Shown: piece after piece, positions 14,801-26,491 of the stretch
How positions within the stretch are numbered: the first letter of the stretch is position 1
Layout of the letters: every line of letters starts with the position of its first letter
Assembly (NCBI RefSeq): GCF_036321535.1
Contig: NC_087436.1
Coordinates: forward strand, 75,952,001 to 76,016,000
Source of the DNA: Camelus dromedarius
Taxonomy: Eukaryota
Length of the DNA: 64,000 bases
Direction: 5' to 3'
Notes under the pieces: model-generated
Database searches by the model: none
Told to the model about the DNA's origin: nothing
What the model saw: the letters and a program-made list of their open reading frames with translations, nothing else
Position numbers and translations under genes: made by a program

Positions 14801-15843
14801 ATGTATTTCTGACTTTCCAAAATCTTTTCATTCAATTTCACTTCTTGTCTTTCTTAGAAAGATAGGTGTTGACAGGGCTCCCTCTTGTGGTATCTGCAGA
14901 TACAGGCAAGAACTGTAGATCTGTGCAGTTAACAATGGACAGGACTTTGTCTAAATGCAGCAGATGTGTGCTTGATAAAGCATGTGTATGCAAAAATGTT
15001 AAGTGTCAGATCATTTGAAAATGTGCTAAGGAACCTTAGTAAAGAGACTGCATTGCATTCCTTTTGAATAGTGAACATAGACCCTATTAAAGTATTTGAG
15101 TATTTGGAATTTATAGAAAGCAGGGTTCATAAATATGTAAGTGTAAGATTTTTTCCTGGCTTTTTTTTTTTTGAAAGAAAAGAAAATATCTGTATCTTCT
15201 CAAATTATATGTAGTGTCTCTTGCTTTTAAAACTATGTTTACACTTGACCACTCCCATCTGTGGCCTAAACTAAGAACTAGTGGGAAAAGTTTTATATAA
15301 TTTCCATTCACTGTTTTAAGTAAAGCAAAGTTAAAGATCCAGCAAGTTGAATGTGAGTTGGTAGCTCCACCTTTTAATAGTTTTGGCTTCTTGCGTGTTA
15401 CGCACCCTAGGGTGTGATCTTTTCTTTCTTAGGCTGAGAGTCTAAGCTAAGGGAGACGGTTATTGTTGCTTCTTGTTTTTATTTCTCTGACTGGTTTAGA
15501 AAGCTGGCTCTCGATTTTGCCCAAAACCTTATCGAGAAGGCTTCTGTTTGTTTCCTTTATTTTATCTCCTTAAGAGCAATCCTCTACTCTTTTCCTGCCA
15601 GCCTTAGTGGCTGACTGTGAATGATAGCATACCGGCTTGAGGAAACTGGTTAGGTTTATTTTTATTTACTTTCCTATCTTCATTAAACATTTAATGTTTG
15701 AAAAGGAGACAGGAAGAAGCCAAGAGGGCTAACATGGTCATTAATAATAATAAATAGGCATCTGTTGAAATAGATGCTTTATAAAACCAGTAATTTAGAA
15801 GTAATCCCAGTATTTGAAATGAAATGTGTTTTTTTTCTCGTAG

Positions 15844-16004
15844 AATAACAGATACCATTGGACCAACAGAAACCTCAATTGCACCAAGACAAAGACCAAA
15901 GGCCAATTCCACTACTGCCACTCCCAGTGTGCTGACCATTCAAAGTTCAGCAACCCCTGTTAAAGTCCCTGCTCCTGGTGAATTTGGTAACCACAGACCA
16001 AAAG
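15844..16004 (+). CDS. BMP2K: BMP2K coding exon (about exon 10): ITDTIGPTETSIAPRQRPKANSTTATPSVLTIQSSATPVKVPAPGEFGNHRPK(G)
   Basis: ttctcgtag acceptor and gtaaca donor. 161 bp; TETSIAPRQRPKA is the conserved AAK1/BIKE post-kinase motif. Confidence 0.96.
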
Positions 16005-17659
16005 GTAACATGCCCTGCCAACCTCATCCCCTTTGTAGTTAACTTAAACAAACCTTTTATGGCTTGATTTCCGAGCAATGTTAATTATTAGTGTTGTGGA
16101 GCAGATATATCACATCTGCTTTAAGAAACAAAGCTGCTGATGTCTGATAAACTCAACAAATTGTTTTCCTGAAGTTGTCAGCAAAGGAAAGTTACTGGCA
16201 ATATGAAAGTGTGGTCCGAAAAGCTTACAATTTGCTTACCCCTAAAGTCATCAACTAGTGGGGTTTGAGGCTGATAATAAAGTTCAGGAGCATAGAAAAT
16301 TCTGTATTGTATTGGAAAGGAGGAATTTGAAACTCTGGCCTTTCAAAGTTTTAATGTTAAAATGTTTCATTTAAAATGTTTTAAATTAGGATATACTAAT
16401 GGTTAAAAGCCCACACTTTGAGTCTCATGAACCTAGATTTGAATCCTGTTTCTCCCTTTTTTTTTAATAATAGATGTTATGAAAATGCTAGTACCTATTT
16501 CATAGGATGGCTGTTGTGAGGGTTAAATGGCTGCTTAATATAATGCCTGCTGCATATGTCCTTAAGAGATGTTCACTATTAAGTACTATTTCTACTATTA
16601 AGTAAAGCAAATGCTCAGGGAAGGCAGTATTTATGTTACCAGATGTATTGCTGCATATATCTGTGGGGATCAGGAATACCAGATGGAGGAATATTCTATA
16701 GAAAAGGGAAAAAAGGAGAATTTAAAGTCTTTTGTGTTCACTGTTCTCTTCTGTAAAGTGGGAAAACATCTACTATTATTATTATGAAAAGAAAGTAGCA
16801 AGGTTCGTGGTATCCAGGAGAATTTTGTTTCCTAGGACACATTCAGTGATGGTTTTCTACTTTTTGGAGTTGGGGATCCTATTAGTCTTATCTGTCGTGT
16901 ATTTTGATCCTCCAGCCAAAGACCACTAGGAACACACTTATAGTTGAATAAATTTGGTTTATTACTCTGATACCCTGGAAATCTGTGGGAGTGTCTCAGT
17001 AAGATGGTGTCTGAAAACTCTTATTAAAGGATTTGGGCTTGCTGTAGGTACTTTTGTGGAAGCAGGGTGTAATATCATTAGGTATCTTAAATTTTATCTA
17101 GAAGGAGGGAAGCAAAAGCCTCATTTGGAAATGAAGCAGCATTCAGTCGTGTTAGCCAGGGTTGGGAGAGGTTTGGCCATTTTTGTGGTTTGGACAGTGT
17201 TCCTGATTTTGTCAGCATTGAGACCTGATTAAGGGGTGGTCTTATCCTGATCCATCACAGGGTAGCCTTGTCTGGTGGTGGTGTTCTGTAAAACTGTTTG
17301 CATTTATCGGAAGAACACCACCACCTCACTGTGTCGGGCTTGCCTGTTGTCAGGGGCAGCATTTCTCTTTCTTACATACTTCCAGCTTCAGTTGGAAAAA
17401 AAAATACTCTTTTTCCCCCCTATATGTACATCTCTTAACATTTCTTTTCCTGTTAAATATTATATAAAAAGTAACACATGAATATATTTCTAAAAAATAC
17501 TCATATAATACAGTAGTATTCAGAAAAATATAGATTTCCATTCTTTTTATTCCCAGAGTAAATTAGCAGCAGTTTGGTCCACATCTTCCCATTCATTTTT
17601 TATGTTCTTGCATGAATATACATAGATACAAATAACTCATGTTGGGTTAAACTCAAATG

Positions 17660-18290
17660 GATTCATACTATACATAGTTCTCCACAACTTGATTTTTTTA
17701 AACTTAATATACTGTAGAGAACTTTGCATATCAGTGCATATAGATCTATGTAGTTTTTAATAGATACGTAATATTCTACTGTATGAATGTCCCATAGTTT
17801 ATAAAACCATTGAGTTAATTTCCAGTATTTGCTATTATTAATAGTGTTGTGGTAAACATCTTTATCATCATACTCTTGATTTCCATCTAAGAGAATTTTT
17901 CTGAGGAAGATAATAAAAAGTACACTCATTTAAAATTTGTCTGATATGACCAAATTGCCATCAAAAGAGGACTTAAGAAATTTTTGTGACAGCACCATTC
18001 ACAGTGTGAGTGTCCTTTTGCTCCTGTCCTTGCCAACACTTGACAGTATTGGTTTTTAAAAATTTTCCCTATTGATAGGGGAAACATTTTTGGTTTTATT
18101 TTAATATTCCTTATTAACAGGACTCTTTAATGTTTACTGACCATTTGATTTCTTCTATGAATTGTCTTTTGTAATTTTCTGTGAGATTGTTTGACTTTTA
18201 TTTTTTATTGCCTCAAAGGTTTTATTTTTATGTATTCTGAATATTAGTCCATTGCCAAATATATTTTCTTCCAGTTTATCATTTGTCTTT
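17660..18290 (-). mobile_element. Old L1 (L1MC/ME-like) fragment
   Basis: The - strand shows KLWDIHTVEYY-like ORF2 end remnants; the + strand has tgtttactgaccatttgatttcttctatgaattgtc-type L1 antisense motifs. Confidence 0.65.
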
Positions 18291-19705
18291 AACGTCACTT
18301 GTGAATTCACTTAACTTCTGTGAGGCTCAGTTTCATCCTTTGCAAATCGGGGAATAACAGTATAAGAACTTGATGACATTCTTGCAAGCACTGTTTTCAT
18401 GTGGGGTTGTTGTGATGCTGTTTGGGAGTTCTCTAGTGCTCAGTGGACTTGGCTTGGGAAGCAGGGAGCTCTCTTCCGCTCGATAACACTAAAGAGAAGT
18501 CACAGTTCGTGGGGTCGAAGGCGAGTTCTATAAGGCACTGCATGAAGACCATTGGCTTGTGTTGGGCTTCACCTGCAGCCACACGTGTCCTCCAGTTAGA
18601 CATCAGGGCCTTGAATGATGAATGTACAGCTGAGGAGATGAACTTTTTCATACTCTTCTGACTGGGAAGAAAGACGCTTAAAAGGCTAATGGTGGTTATG
18701 TCTGTGTGGCAGAATTATGGTTTTAATTTTCTTCCTTGTACTTTTATAAACATTTTCAAGAATAATTAAAATAAATGTACATTTGTCTTATAATTGGAAG
18801 AATTAGAAATAGTTATAGAAGGATTTTCATACAGGTGTTGGTTTAAGGCCTGTGGAGTGTTGAAGACATTAACACTGATAAGAAAGAATCTTTCTCTCCC
18901 TCCTTGCGCTCTCCTTCCTTTTCGCCCCTTAGGACTAGGTACTCATATTTCAATTTACAGTGACTTGTTGAAAGAGAATACAGAAATTACAGTAGATTGC
19001 ATTTCCTCTTTTTGATGTTGTCTGTCTCATCCTTTTCTGTTTATTTCAAAAGTTTATTCATAGAATTTCCCTAGGATAAGATTTACAAAGCTTAGACATA
19101 AATACCCTTTTAGGAGACGGTGTTAGTAGATTCACGACAGTAGCATTTATTAAATATCTGTTATATAAAAAGTTCTTTGGAGGGCTAACCGGTAAATAAG
19201 TCTTTACCTTACCCCTCAGGGGCCCTGGTTAGGAAATAGCCATTTAAACAATGAATGTGTGTGAGGCAGAATGAAACGTTATAAACTTAGCGGAAGCGTT
19301 AGATGAAGAACAAGGAAGAGAGTTGCGAGCTCCAAAGGATAAGAATTGCAGTGGGTGGAAAGTGGCAGGGAGTCATGTCAGCAAAGACACAGACTCATAA
19401 TGTGCATGGTACAGGTGAGAAGTCTGGAGCGTTTCAAACTGACTTGGCCGGTGCGTTCATGAGATGAAGGATGAAAGAGGACGTGTTTCTAAGATGTGAA
19501 CTTGTTCACGAGTTGTTGCTGACAAAGTTAGCTTTCATGGGTACTTTTAGTAAATAATCCCTTTAGACCATATGCACATGGAAGTTTCTATAAAATGAAT
19601 GTAGGAATGCCTTGGTTAATGATGATCTAAATGAGTGTTTTGAAGTCGAGCCGTTTTACTGAAATTGCGAGCACGTTAATGACAGTTTGGGGAAACCCCT
19701 TTTAG

Positions 19706-19890
19706 GAGCGCTGAGACCTGGCAGCGGCCCTGAGACTTTACTGGGCCAGGCGCCCCCGCAGCAGCCCCCGCAGCAGCATCGGGTCCTGCAGCAGCTGCAG
19801 CAGGGAGACTGGAGGCTGCAGCAGCTTCACGTGCAGCACCGCCGCCCTCACCTGCAGCAGCAGCAGCTTCAGGATGCGTACGTGCAGCAG
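19706..19890 (+). CDS. BMP2K: BMP2K Gln-rich exon (about exon 11): (G)ALRPGSGPETLLGQAPPQQPPQQHRVLQQLQQGDWRLQQLHVQHRRPHLQQQQLQDAYVQQ
   Basis: cccttttag acceptor and gtaact donor. 185 bp; phases fit both flanking exons. Confidence 0.94.
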
Positions 19891-20298
19891 GTAACTCTTC
19901 TGCTACTTCGGGCATGGAAGTTGTGTGGTGACATTCACGGGGCTCTTGACGATCAGTAAATTCCCTTTTGTACCGTGGGTACCTTGGACTCTAGATTGAA
20001 GTAAGCGTTTTGCTCAATTTCCTGATTATTAAAGATGTATTTTATTTGCATTCTGTGAGATACTTAAGAATACTGTGCTGAAATAGGTTGCATCATGGAT
20101 TTATGAAGCAAAGACTGTTCATCAGTCATTTGGCCTCTTGAATAAGTACTGCGTTTTATGATGGATATTATCTTTTTCAGGTTACATTTTGAGTTCAGAT
20201 ATACAGACTAATAATGTTACTGTTGGAAGGTGATACTAGGCTTTCAAAAGTAACATTGTCTTGGATTTTTTGTTTGTTTTTCTTTTTTTGCCTGTGTT

Positions 20299-20301
<3 letters not shown>

Positions 20302-20345
<44 letters not shown>
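20302..20345 (+). repeat. (GT)22 microsatellite
   Basis: Read directly from the sequence. Confidence 0.95.
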
Positions 20346-20348
<3 letters not shown>

Positions 20349-20950
20349 GAGGTGGCATTTAGAATTGGAAGTAGGAAAAAATGACCTCAAGTTCTGTTCT
20401 GTCCTTTACCTCATCAGACCCTGCACATATCTAGTTTCACTAAACTATTTTAAATTTAATAACTGTCATCATTGTCCTTCATCATTTCCTAAAATATTTT
20501 TGAACCAGTTATATGCATGACACTTCTCATGGGGTACCCATCCTCTAGTCTTGACTGAGAGACCCAGAGTCAAGGGTGGTTATGTAGGGGTGCCATTGGA
20601 TGGCCAGAAGATGTCAATGAAGGGGAGGCAGGGGAGAGTGGGGATTTCTGGACTCAGGGGTCTTCATCAGCTGGTGAATGTGTTTAGGTTTAGGTTTCTT
20701 CCAAACATCCTTAGACTGTGCTGGAAATGGTTTTAGTTGAGTCTGTTATGTTTCATTGATAATTTGGAAACCAGTTCCAATAAGCAGATTTAAGTTATAG
20801 TTGCTTACTAACTATAGCTATTTCATATCAGTGTCTGGACTATTGGGTACCCAAGTCGTTGGTTACAGTAAGATCAGCACTTTAAAAAAGAAAGACTGTG
20901 GCACAAAAAAAGCATGAATAAAGTTGATGAACTTGTTTTTCTAATCACAG

Positions 20951-21049
20951 TATCAACACGCAATGCAACAGCAGCAGATACTTCAGCAACAGTTTTTAAC
21001 GCATTCGGTGTATCAGCCACAGCCTTCCGCATCACAGTATCCTACAATG
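20951..21049 (+). CDS. BMP2K: BMP2K coding exon (about exon 12): YQHAMQQQQILQQQFLTHSVYQPQPSASQYPTM
   Basis: ctaatcacag acceptor and gtaggt donor. 99 bp, phase 0/0. Confidence 0.94.
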
Positions 21050-21550
21050 GTAGGTGCTATATAATTTCTAGGGATGTCTCTCTGAGTATACATTCTAGTA
21101 TTGGAATTCACAGTGTGAATGGCATTTTTCATTACTTAATAATTCAAAATCAACTCAAGTTAGTTAATTAACATGTATTGTAACAAAGCCAGCCATGTAT
21201 TCTCACACAGCTTAAACTGACCTGAACTATCTATATCTGTATCTATATCTCACACCTGGATTTGGAACATCATAACTAACAGTATTTTTCTCTTATAGTA
21301 TAGGGAAATTATTGATTACCCAGGATCTTTTGCCATATATCTTTTTCATTTGGCAAATGTCTGTTGAATTTAAAAAAAAAAAGAGGAAAGAATCCCAAGG
21401 AAAATTGCATTTGCTTCCAAGAATAGTTTGACCTTTCTTTACAGCAACCACCATACCAAGTGACTTTAAGCTACTCTATTGTTTTTTCCTTAAATTATTT
21501 AAAGGAGAATTTTTGAATTCTGCCAGGTGAGCCTAACTGTGCAGCTGCTT

Positions 21551-21660
21551 CTTTTTTTTTTAATTGAGGTATAATTGACATAACATTATGTTAGTTTCAG
21601 GTATATGAAGTAATAATGTGATATTTGTGTGTATCACAAAATGATCATGACAATAAGTCC
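21551..21660 (-). mobile_element. Short L1 3'-end fragment
   Basis: Poly-T then aattgaggtataattgacataacattatgttagtttcaggt; similar to the 4633 copy. Confidence 0.75.
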
Positions 21661-21779
21661 ACCTGAACAACTTCTTAAATAGATTTATTCCACCTTGCTA
21701 TAGTGTTCTGGTAGTAAGCTGCTCATTCAGCTTCAGTGACCTTGAGTGTTGTTTTGTATAACAGCATTTTCTGTTTCAG

Positions 21780-21961
21780 ATGCAGCAGTATCAGCAGGCT
21801 TTCTTACAGCAGCAAATGCTAGCCCAACATCAGTCGTCTCAACAGGCATCGCCGGAATACCTTACCTCCCCTCAAGAGTTCCCACCAGCCTTAGTGGCCT
21901 ACACTTCATCGCTTCCAGCTCAGGTTGGAACCATAATGGACTCCTCTTATGGTGCCAACAG
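21780..21961 (+). CDS. BMP2K: BMP2K coding exon (about exon 13): MQQYQQAFLQQQMLAQHQSSQQASPEYLTSPQEFPPALVAYTSSLPAQVGTIMDSSYGAN(R); GC-type donor
   Basis: ctgtttcag acceptor and CAG|gcaagt donor. 182 bp, phase 2, matching the next exon. An alternative in-frame GT donor lies at 21977. Confidence 0.9.
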
Positions 21962-22877
21962 GCAAGTGTTTTTCCAGTGAATGCAAAGGAGATTATTGTG
22001 AAAGTGGGTGTTCCCGTGGAGTGCAGTCACTAAGTGGCTCCTGAGCTGGCTTAGAGTCCATCCTTCTGAGAGTTCCCCTTCTCTTACGGGTGCTCTCTGC
22101 TGGTCCCTGTGCATCTCTTTCACCCTTTCCATTTTCATCAGTTAATTCTGCTATGTGCAGATAAGGCTTAGCAACACCCAGCAGCGTTTAAGGCTAAGAA
22201 AACTATTAGCTCATATGTTAAGACGTTTCTTTATCATTTCAATAGAAGCAAAACTCTAATGAACTACTTTAGTAGTTAAAAAAAAAACCCATGTAGACAA
22301 GCTAATTTAACTTTTTCTACTTATATGTTATTTTTAATTAATTTGATAGTATTTATACTCATAGAGATTGCCTAATTTGGTTTAATTTAAACAGGTGCAA
22401 AAAGTTGTAATGAGTCATTTGGTTCTTTCTAAAGATGATATGATACGGCAGGCTTATTGTTACCACAGCCATAGTGCATTTTGGTTATTTATGTACCGTA
22501 GTTAGTGGAGTTAACTTTTCATTGATAGTTCATATTGAAAACATCACAAGAAGTTAAACAACTGTGATACAACTGTGTTCAAACTTAGCTTTTTTATGAG
22601 GTATGCTTCAGGGTTTTGTAATTAAGAATCTTTTGACCCTCATGAATACATCCTGATAGTTTTAAATACATAGGAGGGAGTAGCTGTTAGAACTTTGGTC
22701 ACTAGAACACTAAAGAAATTCTCACATAACACTTTTTGAGGATATGAAATGTTAGCTGGTGTCTACAAGCTTTGGCTGGGTTGGGTGTGCGAAACAGTGA
22801 CATCAGTAGTGTGGTGGTCACTGAGCATGTCAAGAGTGGTTGGAGTTTGCAGTTTGCTATAGTATATCTCCCAGCCC

Positions 22878-22925
22878 GTGTGTGTGTGTGTGTGTGTCGG
22901 TGTGTGTATATGTGTCGGTGTGTGA
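22878..22925 (+). repeat. Imperfect (GT)n microsatellite
   Basis: Read directly from the sequence. Confidence 0.85.
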
Positions 22926-24924
22926 AAGAAAAGAGGTGCAGGGATTGAAAGAGTGAGAGAAAGGATTGGAGGGGAAGGAGGATAGGAGAAAAGAAATGGA
23001 TTTATTGAAGTGCTTTCCTAAATCAAAAATTGACGTGCGTGAATTAGAACAAGTAAGTATGTCTGTAAGTGGAGAGCAGGGCGTAAGACCAAAGGCTCGT
23101 TTAAAGACCCAGAGCAGTATTTGCCAAACTCTTTGTCATTTGCCTACTCTAGTTGTGCTTTTTTGATTTACTCATGTAACTTTTTTCTTTAATAAATTAA
23201 TAGCACTATTGTGAATAACACTAAAACAAATAATATACATTTTAAACAAATTAAATCCACTAAAATATAATCTGTGAAATACAAGTAGCAATCTAATAAA
23301 TTAACAAAAAAAGACATACCTACAAATAAGTCCTCTAGGGATAAGAATAGAATAGTTTTTATTCTTCATTAAAAACAGGGTATTCTGCTTGATATTAAGA
23401 TACTGATGAGGCTGTTGTATTAATTAATGATTGATTTTTTTTTTTACTTTTGATGTTAACTAGCATCAAAAATTGTATCTCGTGTTTGTAGTTGGAAAAT
23501 GCAAAGATATTAAACTGTCTTCTCTGACACAGCATATATACTTATGTATACTTTGTACTGGGAAGACCAGCCTCTGGAAGCAGAGTTGTGTTCCTGATGA
23601 GAATGAAGTCATGAATTAGAAACCCTGCATGAGAGAATTCATGCCAGTGTCCCATAGCTTCTCTACTACCTGAACTTCTGATTAGTTATGAAGGAAGATG
23701 AGTATCTAAAGATTTGGGGCACACATGGTATGCAAGGTGCTGATACCTGTAACTTATGTGTGTTCCCAAAGTACTGCCTACTTAATCTCATCTTCAGTTA
23801 ATGCTGTTCATGAAGCCACAGGTGTGATATGTTAGATAAGTATGTTTCCTAATTTCTGTGTGACTTTAAAAAGAGTCAGGTTATCATCAAAATCAGCTTG
23901 CACACCCCAGTTTGGAAAACATTGGGTTGGGTATCTGTGAAAGTGTATAGGACTTATTTTACTCCGCTTCTGTGAAATTATGAAATTATCCCAGGAGATA
24001 GGAGGGTGGAACAGGAAAGGGAGGTGTTTTAGGACTCTGAAAGTCCTTGAAGATAGTTTTGGAATTAGAGATGAGGTTCTGTCTTGTGGAGGCAGGCTTA
24101 GACCTTGGCCGCTGATGCATTCCCAGAGTGAGTGCTAAACTGAATTATATTTATTATTAAGATATCTAAGTTATATTTATTAAGAACGACTATCTAGTCT
24201 TCCTTAATAGATCAGTTATCATATGTATTTTCCTCTTGCTTTTAGTAAGTGTTCATACATTCTGTTCTTGTCTCAGCTTTACTGAAGAGGCTTGGGCTAG
24301 AAGATTAAGTGTGCAACTTTTGCCCTTTCTTCTCTTTAAAGACCTGTGTGATGGCAGTGGAAGTGAGCTCCCAAGGGGGAAGGAGAATTTAAGAGGATGA
24401 GTCAAGGCTTGAAAAACTGAGATACTTCTTTAGAAGTGCATACATTCTCCCTCCGCTACCAATGTTAGAAGGTCTGGATCGGAATCATGAAATGAACGTG
24501 ACAAATTTGTGACACTGCCTCGTGCCTGTGCTGCATTTCCAGGATGAGTTGAGGGGGAGGCACCCACGAACTCTTAGATTAAGAAGTCTTTAGACTCTCA
24601 TCTTCTCTTAAAAGTCAAGAGACCTTTTGATACTTTAATAGAACCAGTGGTCCTAGGCTCCAGACTATGTAGGTATTTTAAGCATCATAAATAACTTATT
24701 ATATAGAAAGTGACCCTCATCTAGTTTTAGGCAATTCATAAAGCAGTGCAAGCAGTTCTCCTTTTGTTGGTGGCTGTACAGAGGATGCCTTTGTCAAATG
24801 GAAAATTATTGTGGTGTCTCAGCGTGACCAGGACATAAAATACCTTATTCAGTCGTGATTTTAGGGTGATACTGTTTCATATGGCAACTGGTTTTCACTT
24901 TAAGGTTTATTCACTATGATAATA

Positions 24925-25150
24925 AAAGTTAATATTTTTAAGTGCTTATTTATTTATGTTCTCTGTTTTTCGTGTATTAAACCATTTAATCTTCTCAGTT
25001 ACCCTATGAGGTAGACACTGCTGCTCCTGTTTACAGGTGAGGAAGTTGAGACCTGAGAGGTTAAGGAGCGTGCCCAGGGTACGCAGCTAGTGACCTTTAT
25101 GGAGGTGATGCAAATCCCAGCTGGTCTTCCTCCCAATCCATGCCCTTATC
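24925..25150 (-). mobile_element. MIR SINE
   Basis: catttaatcttc...ccctatgaggtag...tttacaggtgaggaagttgagacctgagaggttaag...tgcccagggtacgcagctagt matches the MIR core in antisense. Confidence 0.8.
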
Positions 25151-25272
25151 TGCCACCTCCATCATGATAAAATGATCTGCTTTTCCAAATATCTATAAAG
25201 TATGAACCAGGACACTTTAAAACTTCAATTCTAACTTTTTTCTCCTTTTTCCTCTCTTAATTATTACTGTAG

Positions 25273-25430
25273 GTCAGTTGCTGATAAAGAGGCAGTTGCA
25301 AATATTACAAATCAGAAGAACATCAGTAACCCACCTGATATGTCAGGGTGGAATCCATTTGGAGAGGATAACTTCTCCAAGTTAACAGAAGAGGAACTGT
25401 TGGACAGAGAATTTGACCTTCTAAGATCAA
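25273..25430 (+). CDS. BMP2K: BMP2K coding exon (about exon 14): SVADKEAVANITNQKNISNPPDMSGWNPFGEDNFSKLTEEELLDREFDLLRS
   Basis: tactgtag acceptor and gtaagg donor. 158 bp; contains the conserved WNPFGEDNF block. Confidence 0.96.
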
Positions 25431-25468
25431 GTAAGGGACACTTGAAGGCTTATTTTGCTTCGCAGTAA
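25430..25468 (+). CDS. BMP2K: Short-isoform (BMP2K-S) C-terminus by readthrough of the donor: SKGHLKAYFASQ*
   Basis: AGT AAG GGA CAC TTG AAG GCT TAT TTT GCT TCG CAG TAA continues the frame into the intron. It matches the short human isoform ending as I recall it. Confidence 0.85.
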   Translation, partial: SKGHLKAYFASQ

Positions 25469-26485
25469 AATAACAGCTCTATAATTATTCAGCAAGGCCA
25501 AAGACTGTTTTGGGGTGGTAAATAGAAAATTCTTTTTGTGCATTTGAGGGCAAAATTCAGGCCATCTTCTTTTACATATACTAGCGAACTATGTTGTGTG
25601 CATTAGAAATCAATTGCTTGATAGTAGCTGTTAAACCCAAGATTGCTGATAATATGCTGATTCCTAACACTTAAATACTGCGTATCTTTGAATGTTAATT
25701 CAGAATATCTCCAAAACGTGGATAACAATGTTCAAATAAAAAGGGAGACTTTAGTATCTTGCCTTACTAATCATTTTGCAGCTCTGTTTCCTTGCACACC
25801 CAATAGAAGATACTGTGGGTCTGAGATGCCCTTTGAAAGTGCCTGAAAGAAAACATGGGCTGCTGCATTATGTTAATGTCTTGTAATGCCCTTTTAACGA
25901 GCGGTGACATAAAAGGGCTGCTTTGTTGTCCGGTATGGCAAAAGTGAAATAAATTCTTTTCCGTTTTAAATCAGATATCTCAATGTTTTTACTTGAAATC
26001 ATTGCCTTTTCTTAAACTGCCTAATATATATGTCAAGCCTCACCGTACATGTTTTAGAAAAGTTTTTTTTTTTGGAGAATGAATGTGTGGAGTGTTTTGA
26101 GGAAGTTGCAAAACAGGAGCAAAAAGCTCACTCCTGGAGTATGGAGGTAATTGTCAGGTTTCTGAGACTTGTGTGTATATGTGTGTGTGCATGGGTGCCA
26201 AATGTGTTTTCCCATTTTGCGTGTGAAAAGGAGGTCTTAATGGTCCCTAGGTATAGTTCCTAGTTTCTGTTTTGTTTTGGGGAACTGGCCTTATGAGAAT
26301 GTTTATTAGATGAAATGCTTTGTTCCAAATTGGTATATATTTTATGTAAAGTTTATAAATGCCCTGAATTCATGTAAGGGTAGTTGTTTGGAATTTAAAT
26401 TTGTATTTTACATATTGGTTATATGATATTGAAGAACATTAAATTGATGATGAAGTACAGATATAAAAACGAGTTCTGAGCCTTT

Positions 26486-26491
26486 AATAAA
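26486..26491 (+). terminator. BMP2K: Candidate poly(A) signal for the BMP2K short isoform
   Basis: AATAAA followed by T-rich tracts at about 26520-26580, about 1 kb after the short-isoform stop. Other AATAAA copies lie at 25735 and 25948. Confidence 0.5.

Noticed and set aside
19676..19915. Ala-rich 79-aa ORF on the - strand
   Set aside because: It is the antisense reading of the CAG-rich BMP2K exon.
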